Source: an uncultured Methanosarcinales archaeon
GTDB lineage: Archaea; Nanobdellota; Nanobdellia; Woesearchaeales; ARS49
Direction: 5' to 3'
Assembly (NCBI GenBank): GCA_964497645.1
Contig: CAZCCU010000001.1
Span: 32,398 to 96,397, forward strand
Length of the DNA: 64,000 bases
Within the stretch, counting starts at the first letter, position 1. The number at the start of each line of letters is the position of its first letter. The notes beneath the pieces are model-generated. The model worked only from the letters and a program-made list of their open reading frames with translations. It did not search any database and had not been told where the DNA came from. The position numbers and the translations under genes are program-made. Shown here piece by piece: positions 34,100 through 42,014 of the stretch.

Positions 34100-34750
34100 A
34101 TGCCAATAATGGACATATTCAAGAAAAAGAAAGCAGACGAAGCGGCGCCATACCCGATGCCAGGCTCAATGCCCGGACCAATGCCAGGCTCAATGCCACC
34201 ACCAATGCCTTCTGAAGTCCCGATCTCACAAGTAGTAAGCATGCAATCACAAGGACTAACCAACAATCAGATCATACAATCATTACAAAGACAAGGCTAC
34301 CAGCCAACGCAAATCTATGATGCACTGGCACAGGCTGAAGCCAAAAGAAGCATAGAACCAATGGAAGTGCCAGGAGAAATGGCGCCAAGAACAGAAATAA
34401 GAGCGCCACCAGCTTCGCATCCAGAATCAGAAGCAATTGTAGAACAAATAATCGAAGAAAAATGGCACGAACTCCAGAAAGACCTGGGCAAAATAAACGA
34501 GTGGAAAGAACTAATCACTTCACGCATGGACAAACTCGAACAAAGCACAACAGACATGAAATCAGACCTCGACGGACTCCATAAAGCAATCGTAGCGCGT
34601 ATAGGAGAATACGACAAGACCCTAATGGATGTAGGAACAGAAATCAAGGCCATGGAAAAAGTATTCCAAAAAGTGCTTCCAGAGCTAACTGGCAACATCC
34701 AAGAACTTTCTAGAATAACAAAGAACGTAAAAGGACCAGTAAAGAAATAA
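34100..34750 (+). CDS. Hypothetical protein: Pro/Met-rich repeat, small helical module, long coiled coil (216 aa)
   Basis: ATG 34100 (MPIMDIFKKKK...) is preferred. It contains the PMPGSMPGPMPGSMPPPMP repeat and the QGLTNNQIIQSLQRQGYQPTQIYDALAQA module, followed by a coiled-coil C-terminal half. Confidence 0.5.
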   Translation: MPIMDIFKKKKADEAAPYPMPGSMPGPMPGSMPPPMPSEVPISQVVSMQSQGLTNNQIIQSLQRQGYQPTQIYDALAQAEAKRSIEPMEVPGEMAPRTEIRAPPASHPESEAIVEQIIEEKWHELQKDLGKINEWKELITSRMDKLEQSTTDMKSDLDGLHKAIVARIGEYDKTLMDVGTEIKAMEKVFQKVLPELTGNIQELSRITKNVKGPVKK

Positions 34751-34751
34751 G

Positions 34752-35309
34752 CTATTGAATACTAGTCATTTTGCTAATAGTAAAGTAAGCAACGAGCAGA
34801 ACCAATACCATGCCTAACATCTTCGGGTGGAACAAAGTCTGCCAGAAACCAAATTCCTTCTCAGGAGGACGCTCGCTCATCGAGGCGTTCCCCTCGGTCA
34901 AAGCCCGAAAACCTTTCTCCTCATTAATAACGAAGAACAAAGAACCAAGACCAATAATCAGCATGATAGAAAGCACCCACATGCCAAACGCGCCGCCATA
35001 CTCCTCACCTGTAATAGTCTCAATAATCTTTTCCTTGCTAATACCAAAAGTCATGTAAGCCAGAACCATCAGAATTCCAAAAATAACGAACAAAACAAAC
35101 CACGGAGCCATCAGATTAATAGTCTTAATAGCAACACGAGAAAACAAAGTCATGATGGCGGCAATAATCGCAATCAACGCAGCCATGCCCTGTTTTTCCT
35201 TAAACCAATCACTCTGAGAAAGGATAGCGTAAACAAGCACCAGAACCAGCAAAAACGGAAAAATCCCGCCAAACTGCTGCAAAGCACTAACGTCTAAAGG
35301 AGTCGCCAT
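34752..35309 (-). CDS. Polytopic membrane protein, paralog 4 of a four-gene tandem family
   Basis: N-terminal ...QQFGGIFPFLLVLVLVYAILSQ and overall TM layout similar to the three upstream genes. 2-nt gap to paralog 3. Confidence 0.55.
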   Translation of the reverse strand: MATPLDVSALQQFGGIFPFLLVLVLVYAILSQSDWFKEKQGMAALIAIIAAIMTLFSRVAIKTINLMAPWFVLFVIFGILMVLAYMTFGISKEKIIETITGEEYGGAFGMWVLSIMLIIGLGSLFFVINEEKGFRALTEGNASMSERPPEKEFGFWQTLFHPKMLGMVLVLLVAYFTISKMTSIQ

Positions 35310-35311
35310 GT

Positions 35312-35983
35312 TCAGGGCCTCTTAAGCATCCACGTCTTATACCAATCCTCAGCCGGCTTGCCACCCTCAGGCCTAATTACCCAATAACCAATCAAGCCCA
35401 TCGTCAACAAGACAATGATCAATGCCTGAGTGGCAGGATCTCTCAAAAAGTCCCACGTAGGAAGCCAATAAGGAAACATATTCATGCCAAAAATCACGAC
35501 AAGAAAACCACCAGCAATAAGTGCGATAGTCAAAACCAGCATGCTCGGAATCCCGGCACCAGCCAAGCCAAGCAACAATAACACGACAAACACGGCAGCC
35601 AACACAACAGCAGTAGCAGGCAAGAACGCGCTAATCAAATCAATAGGATCCTGACCAGGAGGATACCAGCCAATCACATGAGGAATAGTAACCATCAACG
35701 AAATAACAATAGCCAGAATTGAATTAATACGCTTATCTCCAACAATAACTGGTTTGCCATCCGCACCAGGCACTGGCTCGTAAGTTGTCTTGCCATCCAC
35801 AGTCTTTGCTTGAGTCTTCACCTTTTTGAAAAGCTTAACCTGCTGCAGGATCGCAAAAATCAGCGTGAAAATCAACAAAGAAGGAAGAATAAAGTCCTGA
35901 AAGCCGAAGTCGGCCAAGTACTGAAACACGCTTGCCAGCTGCTGGCCTCCAGTATCATACCTCTGTAACAGTTGAAACAACAT
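35312..35983 (-). CDS. Polytopic membrane protein, paralog 3
   Basis: Shares long identical or similar blocks with paralog 2 (PHVIGWYPPGQDPIDLISAFLPATAVVL, DFLRDPATQALIIVLLTMGLIGYWVIR). Confidence 0.65.
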   Translation of the reverse strand: MLFQLLQRYDTGGQQLASVFQYLADFGFQDFILPSLLIFTLIFAILQQVKLFKKVKTQAKTVDGKTTYEPVPGADGKPVIVGDKRINSILAIVISLMVTIPHVIGWYPPGQDPIDLISAFLPATAVVLAAVFVVLLLLGLAGAGIPSMLVLTIALIAGGFLVVIFGMNMFPYWLPTWDFLRDPATQALIIVLLTMGLIGYWVIRPEGGKPAEDWYKTWMLKRP

Positions 35984-35988
35984 AGGGA

Positions 35989-36624
35989 TTAGGATGTTCT
36001 AGGGGGGGGTTTAATCTCGCCCATCCAACGGCCGAGCCAAGAGCCAAATCCCTCTTCAGCTTTAGGCTCTTCACGGATAACAAAGTAGCCAATCAAGCCC
36101 ATGACCAGCAAGATGATAATCAATGCTTGGGTAGCCGGATCACGCAAGAAATCAACATTCGGCAGGAATCCAGGAAGCATAGCCATCAAAATCATGACGA
36201 TAAGGAAGCCCAACGCGACCAAAGCAATCGCCCACAACAACAAACTGGGAATAGTTCCACCGGCAAGCCCTAATAACAAGATGACACACAAAACTGCCAA
36301 TAAGACAACAGCAGTGCTAGGCAAGAACTGATTAATAATATCAACAGGGTCAGAACCAGGAGGATACGCGCCAATAATATGCGGCACGACAACCATGGCG
36401 GCAATGATAAAGGAAAGAACACCATTAATACGCCGGTCAGGCTTCCTCTTACCTTCTTCTCCCTCTCCAAACAATGCAATCTTCTGCAAAATACCAAAAA
36501 GAAGGACGAACAACAGCAAGAACGGAAGCAAGGCATCAACAAAGCCCCAATCTACCAAAACCTGAAACAAACTCTGCAGGGCAGAACCTCCGCCACTTGG
36601 ATATGGTGCAAACTGAAACAGCAT
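35989..36624 (-). CDS. Polytopic membrane protein, paralog 2
   Basis: Strong SD (AGGAGGAG) upstream. Blocks PHIIGAYPPGSDPVDIINQFLPSTAVVL and DFLRDPATQALIIILLVMGLIGYFVIR are shared with paralog 3. Confidence 0.65.
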   Translation of the reverse strand: MLFQFAPYPSGGGSALQSLFQVLVDWGFVDALLPFLLLFVLLFGILQKIALFGEGEEGKRKPDRRINGVLSFIIAAMVVVPHIIGAYPPGSDPVDIINQFLPSTAVVLLAVLCVILLLGLAGGTIPSLLLWAIALVALGFLIVMILMAMLPGFLPNVDFLRDPATQALIIILLVMGLIGYFVIREEPKAEEGFGSWLGRWMGEIKPPPRTS

Positions 36625-36639
36625 GTTCTCCTCCTTTTT

Positions 36640-37212
36640 TTATTCGCCCTCTGCAGGCCTAGTTATCCAGATCATGAAGATAATAACTACGATTATTAAA
36701 ACTATCGCAGCAACAGCAGCATTTGTATAGAACTGAGACAGCCAGTCCCAGAAAATCTCAAGCCAAGTACGACCATCATCTGCCACAACAGCGTCCAAAA
36801 AGATGAACACCATTGCAATAGCGATGATCATCATGAACGAATACTGCCACACTTTATCGGCCGGCAATATCTTTCCCTCGGTGATGTCTGCGTAAGATCT
36901 AAACGTGCCAACAAGCATCAAGAAAAACACTATAAGCAACAGCAAAACAATAACCTCACTGCTAATCTTTGTAATAGCCTCTACCAACTTAGAACTGGCA
37001 ACGACCATGAAGGCAACGACAAAACTCACCATGGCGTTCAGATTCTTCTTAGTAATAGCACGCTCTTTGACCTTGCCCTCAGTGCCAAACAGCTGAGTAC
37101 GCTCAAGAATAGCGAACATGATTGTAAAAGTAAGGATGAAAGGCAGGACGACATCATAGACGCCCAATTCCCTGAAGAATTCAATCACATTACCAAGCGC
37201 AGTTTCAGCCAT
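36640..37212 (-). CDS. Polytopic membrane protein, paralog 1 (most divergent)
   Basis: ATG 37212 (MAETALGNVIEFFRELGVYDVVLPFILTFTIMFAILE...) is preferred. It shares the N-terminal G-x-x-D-x-x-LPF-hydrophobic motif with paralogs 2 and 3. A TATA-like CTTTATATAAG lies upstream. Confidence 0.55.
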   Translation of the reverse strand: MAETALGNVIEFFRELGVYDVVLPFILTFTIMFAILERTQLFGTEGKVKERAITKKNLNAMVSFVVAFMVVASSKLVEAITKISSEVIVLLLLIVFFLMLVGTFRSYADITEGKILPADKVWQYSFMMIIAIAMVFIFLDAVVADDGRTWLEIFWDWLSQFYTNAAVAAIVLIIVVIIFMIWITRPAEGE

Positions 37213-37307
37213 CAAGTCACACTCTTTACGATTCACTATTGGATTTCGTACTTATATAAAGCTTTCTGTAGGAATATTTATAAATCACGACGAAAGCCAA
37301 AAACACC

Positions 37308-37883
37308 ATGATAAACAAGAAAGCCTTCGAGGAAATGAGAAAATACATGGAAGGATTCGACAAGCTCCGAGAACAACTAATAGGCGACAGCAGAGTCATA
37401 CTCAAATCAAGCAAAGCAGCCATATATGCAGCACACAGAGGAGACATGAAAGATGCGGACAAACTGCTCGCAGAGGCAAAAACAAACATCAAGAAAATAG
37501 AATCACTTCTGAAAAAAGACCTGCACCTCGCAGCAAGCACGGGCGCATACACAGACGCACTGGAAGAATACGCAGAAGCAAGCTGCTACGTACACTATCT
37601 CAAAACAAAAGAGATACCAACAGCAAAACAACTAGGAGTTGATGTAGAGGTCTATCTGTCGGCATTGTCAGACGTGGTAGGAGAACTGGTAAGAAAAGCA
37701 ATCAACAGCAGCATCAAAGGAGAATACAAAACCGCACTAGAAATCAAAGACTTTGTCACAGACTTATACCAAGAACTCATGCTTTTCGACTGGAGAAACA
37801 CGCCAGTAAGAAAAAAGTTTGACTCTATTAAATATGGACTAGAAAAACTGGAAGACCTTTCTTTGAAGATTAAACTAAAATGA
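37308..37883 (+). CDS. Translin-family protein
   Basis: All-helical 191-aa protein with YLSALSDVVGELVRKAI and flanking patterns typical of archaeal translin-like proteins. Called from memory. Confidence 0.7.
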   Translation: MINKKAFEEMRKYMEGFDKLREQLIGDSRVILKSSKAAIYAAHRGDMKDADKLLAEAKTNIKKIESLLKKDLHLAASTGAYTDALEEYAEASCYVHYLKTKEIPTAKQLGVDVEVYLSALSDVVGELVRKAINSSIKGEYKTALEIKDFVTDLYQELMLFDWRNTPVRKKFDSIKYGLEKLEDLSLKIKLK

Positions 37884-38527
37884 CCCACATCGCATTCGAC
37901 TGGGACGGCACAATCGCGAAAAAAGAAGTAGTCGAAGAAGCAAACATTCGAAGATGCAAAACACTCGACATATCAATTCCTCTAGAAAAAATGCGCGAAA
38001 TGCAAAAAACACACGCGCACTACGAAATAAACAAAGAAGCAATCAGAAAGTATACTGGTGTAAAAGATGAACGAGTGCAGACGATCATCATGACAAACTT
38101 GTTCCATCTGCACTATCTCGGCGTTGTTAATGAATGGAAGCACAAAATATTCCATGAAGGCATGGAAGAAGTAATCAAAAAACTCAAAGAACAAGGCACG
38201 ACAATGTCAATCGTCACAACACTCAGAACAGACATCATAGAGCCAACCTTGGAAACGTTCGGCATGCGAAACCTCTTCAGCAAAGTCTACGGAAACACAC
38301 CAGACCTGATCTATTCAAAAGAACAACTGCTCAAACAAGCACTTACGGACTGCGGACAAGTACACCTAATGATAGGAGACCGAGAAGAAGACATGAAAGC
38401 AGGAAGAGCAGTCAAAGCAAAAACAGCATTCGCAGGCTGGGGACACGGAGAACTAACAGACAAAAAACTAGCAGACGCCATATTAAAAAGCCCAGAAGAC
38501 CTCTTAAACTTCGCCAAAACTTTATAA
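37880..38527 (+). CDS. HAD-superfamily hydrolase
   Basis: Motif I FDWDGTI, motif III/IV ...MIGDREEDMKAG. ATGA overlap with the translin gene. Confidence 0.75.
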   Translation: MTHIAFDWDGTIAKKEVVEEANIRRCKTLDISIPLEKMREMQKTHAHYEINKEAIRKYTGVKDERVQTIIMTNLFHLHYLGVVNEWKHKIFHEGMEEVIKKLKEQGTTMSIVTTLRTDIIEPTLETFGMRNLFSKVYGNTPDLIYSKEQLLKQALTDCGQVHLMIGDREEDMKAGRAVKAKTAFAGWGHGELTDKKLADAILKSPEDLLNFAKTL

Positions 38528-38528
38528 A
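38521..38528 (+). promoter_or_regulatory. TATA-like box for the aspS-gatCAB operon
   Basis: TTTATAAA, 23 nt upstream of the ATG at 38552. It overlaps the stop codon of the HAD gene. Confidence 0.5.
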
Positions 38529-38551
38529 GCTCCACAATCCGCCTATTTCTT

Positions 38552-40318
38552 ATGAAAAGAACACATACTTGTGGTGAGCTAACCAAGAAAGAACTCCAGA
38601 AAGAAGCAGTTCTCTGCGGCTGGGTACACACAAGAAGAGACCACGGAGGCAAAATCTTCGTAGACCTAAGAGACAGGTACGGAGTAACACAAGTAGTCTT
38701 TGACCCATCACACAACAAACAAGCACACGAAGCAGCACAACATTTAGGCAGAGAATGGGTATTGCAGGTGACAGGGCACGTCAGGCTAAGACCGCAAGGC
38801 ATGACCAACACCAAAATCGTGACAGGAGAAGTAGAAATACTCTGCGATTCGCTACAAGTCCTCAACCAATCAGAAACACCGCCATTCGAAATAGAAGACC
38901 GAGAAGAAACAAACGAAGAACTCAGACTCAAGTACAGATACCTCGACCTGCGCAGGCCGATCATGCAACAACGACTACTCCTGCGCCACAAAGCAGCACA
39001 AGCAGCACGAGAATACCTGACAAGCCAGAACTTCGCAGAAATAGAAACACCAATACTGCAAAAAACAACACCAGGAGGAGCACGCGTCTTCAAAGTACCA
39101 AGCAGAGTACACCCAGGCAAATTCTTCGCACTGCCAGAAAGCCCACAGATCTACAAACAGCTCTTAATGGTCTCAGGAATAGACAGATACTTCCAACTCG
39201 CAAGGTGCATGAGAGACGAAGAACTACGCGCAGACAGGCAACCAGAATTCACCCAAATAGACATAGAAATGAGCTTCGCAGAAGAAAAAGACGTGCAAGA
39301 CATCGTCGAAGGAATGCTCAAACACACCTTCAAAAAAGCGCTAAACACAGACATAAAGACACCATTCCCACGAATCACATTCCACGAAGCAATGTCAAAA
39401 TACGGCTCGGACAAACCAGACTTAAGATTCGGACTCGAGTTCGTTGAAGTCACAGACATCTGCAAACACTCAGACTTCAACGTTTTCAAAAGCATCGTGG
39501 ACAAAAAAGGAAAAATCTACTGCCTCAACGCCAAAAAAGCAGGCAGTTTCACCAGAACAGAAATAGAAGAACTAATCGCGATCGCGAAAACCTACAAACT
39601 GCCAGGCCTGGCATGGATGAAAGTCACAGGCAAAAACGTGCTGGAAAGCAACATAGTCAAATTCTTCCCTGACGCAATCCAAAAACAACTGATTACAGCA
39701 ACAAACGCAGAAGAAGGCGACCTGCTTTTGTTCGCAGCAGACGAATGGGAAAAAGCAGCAACAGCACTAGGCTACATACGCCTACACCTAGGCAAGAAAC
39801 TAAACCTGATAAAAGAAGAATTCAACTTTGTATGGATAGTAGACATGCTAGCCTTTGAATGGAACGAAGAAATCAACGGCTGGCAGGCAAGACACCACAT
39901 CTTCACCCACCCAAAAGACGAAGACCTGGACAAACTGGAAAGCGCTCCAGGCGAAGTCAAAGCCAAAGCATACGACATCGTGCTCAACGGCTGGGAAATA
40001 GGCGGAGGAAGCATAAGAATACACAGAAAAGACGTACAAGCTCGCGTGCTGCACGTAATCGGACTAGAATACGAAGAAGCAGAAAAAAGATTTGACTTCC
40101 TCCTGAACGCATTCAAATACGGCGCGCCACCACACGGAGGAATAGCTCTAGGATTCGACAGGCTTGTCGCCCTCATGAACAACGTATTCGACATCAGAGA
40201 AGGCATAGCATTCCCACGAAACAAAGCACGAGAAAACCCAATGGACGGCTCACCACAAGACTGGACGCCAGAATTTTTGAAAGAACTGCACATGAAATTG
40301 GATATTGTTAAGAAATAA
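38552..40318 (+). CDS. aspS: Aspartyl-tRNA synthetase, bacterial-type (588 aa with insertion domain)
   Basis: GWVHTRRDHGGKIFVDLRDRYG, QLARCMRDEELRADRQPEFTQIDIEMSF, GGGSIRIH and PPHGGIALGFDRL. The length and the inserted domain match bacterial rather than the ~430-aa archaeal type. Confidence 0.92.
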   Translation: MKRTHTCGELTKKELQKEAVLCGWVHTRRDHGGKIFVDLRDRYGVTQVVFDPSHNKQAHEAAQHLGREWVLQVTGHVRLRPQGMTNTKIVTGEVEILCDSLQVLNQSETPPFEIEDREETNEELRLKYRYLDLRRPIMQQRLLLRHKAAQAAREYLTSQNFAEIETPILQKTTPGGARVFKVPSRVHPGKFFALPESPQIYKQLLMVSGIDRYFQLARCMRDEELRADRQPEFTQIDIEMSFAEEKDVQDIVEGMLKHTFKKALNTDIKTPFPRITFHEAMSKYGSDKPDLRFGLEFVEVTDICKHSDFNVFKSIVDKKGKIYCLNAKKAGSFTRTEIEELIAIAKTYKLPGLAWMKVTGKNVLESNIVKFFPDAIQKQLITATNAEEGDLLLFAADEWEKAATALGYIRLHLGKKLNLIKEEFNFVWIVDMLAFEWNEEINGWQARHHIFTHPKDEDLDKLESAPGEVKAKAYDIVLNGWEIGGGSIRIHRKDVQARVLHVIGLEYEEAEKRFDFLLNAFKYGAPPHGGIALGFDRLVALMNNVFDIREGIAFPRNKARENPMDGSPQDWTPEFLKELHMKLDIVKK

Positions 40319-40323
40319 TACTT

Positions 40324-40608
40324 ATGGAAATCACCCCAGAACTAGTAAAAAGAGTAGCTGCAAACGCAAGACTAAATCTGAAAGACACAGAAGTCAAGCA
40401 GTTCGCAGCAGAAATGAAAGACATTCTCGCAACATTCGAAAAACTCACAGAAGTCAAAACAGACAATGTAGAGCCAAGCTTCCACCCGATTCCTGTAAAG
40501 AACGTAGCACGTGAAGACAAGCCAGGACCATGCCTTGACAGAGAAGAAGCGCTAGCTCTCACGCCCCACAAAAAAGACAAATACTTCCGAGGGCCAAAAG
40601 TAATATGA
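40324..40608 (+). CDS. gatC: Asp/Glu-tRNA amidotransferase subunit C
   Basis: A 94-aa protein with the GatC-like pattern (ARLNLKDTEVKQFAAEMKDILATFEKL...). It sits immediately upstream of gatA with an ATGA overlap. Confidence 0.8.
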   Translation: MEITPELVKRVAANARLNLKDTEVKQFAAEMKDILATFEKLTEVKTDNVEPSFHPIPVKNVAREDKPGPCLDREEALALTPHKKDKYFRGPKVI

Positions 40609-42014
40609 TAAAACAATTCGTCAAAGACGCAATTTCTGGAAAAATAAACTTAGTAGAACACACAGAAAAAGCGATAGAAGAAGCAGAAAAAATCAGCAAA
40701 GAATACAAGTATGTTATAGCATGGGCTGATGCTGTCGAGCGCGCAAAGGAACTGCAAGAACAAGTAAAGAATGGGACTGCGCATGGACGATTATTTGGGG
40801 TCATCATTTCTGTGAAAGACAATATTTGTGTAAAAGGCGTAGAAAGCACAGCAAGCAGCGCCATATTGAAAGGCTACAAACCAGTATTCAACGCGACAGT
40901 TGTTGAGAAATGTTTACGCGAAGGCGCCATAATCCTCGGCAAAACAGTCCAAGACGAATTCGGATTCGGAGGATTCGCAGTCAATGTAGGTAAGGGCTTT
41001 GAAAAACCGCTAAATCCAATAGACAAGAAAAGAACAACAGGCGGAAGCTCAGGAGGAGCAGCAGGATTAACCAAAAAGGCAACATTCCCGCATCTCGCGC
41101 TCTCTGAAAGCACCGGCGGAAGCATAGTAGATCCGGCATCATTCTGCGGAGTAGTCGGAATCTGCCCAACCTACGGACGCGTATCACGATATGGGTTGAT
41201 AGACTACGCAAACTCCCTGGACAAAATCGGCACAATGGGACTAACAGTAGACGACGCCGCACTATTACTTGAAGTCATATCAGGCCATGACGCAAAAGAC
41301 AGCACATCAGCAGAAATTCAAGTACAACCACTCGACACGCCTGGCGCAATCAACGGACTAAAAATCGGAATAGTCAAGGAAGCATTCGAAGAAGGCGTAG
41401 ACAACAACGTGCGCAAAGCAGTCATGGAAGCAATCTACAAATTAGAACAAAAAGGAGCAAGACGCATAGAAGTTTCTCTTCCAATCTCAATGAAATACGG
41501 ACTGGCAGCATACTATACTCTAGCCATGACCGAAGCAAGCACCAATCTCGCCAAATACTGCGGACTACGCTACGGCGCAACAGACCAACTAACAGGAACT
41601 TATAATGAATATTTCTCACGCGTAAGAACCAACAATTTCGGAGAAGAAGCAAAAAGAAGACTATTATTAGGAACGTTTGCACGAATGGCAGGATATAGAG
41701 ACGCATTCTACAAAAAAGCAGCACAAGTCAGAACACTCATACTGAAAGAATACGCAGACGCGTTCAAAAAAGTCGACGTTTTAATAACACCAACAATGCC
41801 GATAGTCGCACCAACATTCGACGAAATAAAAAAATTAACACCACTACAGAATTACCTGATGGACATTCTCACAGTCTCGCCAAACATCGCAGGACTCCCG
41901 CACATCACAATACCATGCGGAACACACAACAACCTTCCAATCGGACTAATGATAACAGGACCACACTTCGCAGAACAAAAAATCATACAGGTAGCAAAAG
42001 CACATGGAAACTGA
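40605..42014 (+). CDS. gatA: Asp/Glu-tRNA amidotransferase subunit A
   Basis: Amidase signature with TTGGSSGGAAG and the catalytic Ser/Lys context (ISVKDNICVKG). Confidence 0.92.
   Translation: MIKQFVKDAISGKINLVEHTEKAIEEAEKISKEYKYVIAWADAVERAKELQEQVKNGTAHGRLFGVIISVKDNICVKGVESTASSAILKGYKPVFNATVVEKCLREGAIILGKTVQDEFGFGGFAVNVGKGFEKPLNPIDKKRTTGGSSGGAAGLTKKATFPHLALSESTGGSIVDPASFCGVVGICPTYGRVSRYGLIDYANSLDKIGTMGLTVDDAALLLEVISGHDAKDSTSAEIQVQPLDTPGAINGLKIGIVKEAFEEGVDNNVRKAVMEAIYKLEQKGARRIEVSLPISMKYGLAAYYTLAMTEASTNLAKYCGLRYGATDQLTGTYNEYFSRVRTNNFGEEAKRRLLLGTFARMAGYRDAFYKKAAQVRTLILKEYADAFKKVDVLITPTMPIVAPTFDEIKKLTPLQNYLMDILTVSPNIAGLPHITIPCGTHNNLPIGLMITGPHFAEQKIIQVAKAHGN

Noticed and set aside
34155-34210. 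Short tandem DNA repeats as a non-coding microsatellite
   Set aside because: They are in frame and encode the PMPGS-type peptide repeat of the 34100-34750 protein.
36002-36009. G8 (C8 on the coding strand) homopolymer in the 3' end of membrane paralog 2 as a phase-variation switch
   Set aside because: Working through both slips shows no on/off or gene-fusion effect. A +1 slip creates an immediate stop. A -1 slip only replaces the last few residues and adds about 12 residues.
28278-37236. tRNA-Phe as the attachment site of an integrated element carrying the filament locus
   Set aside because: No integrase or recombinase gene is present. I noticed no copy of the tRNA 3' half downstream, and the ATPase and platform genes have host-like composition. 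A proper repeat search was not possible by eye, so this is unsupported rather than disproved.
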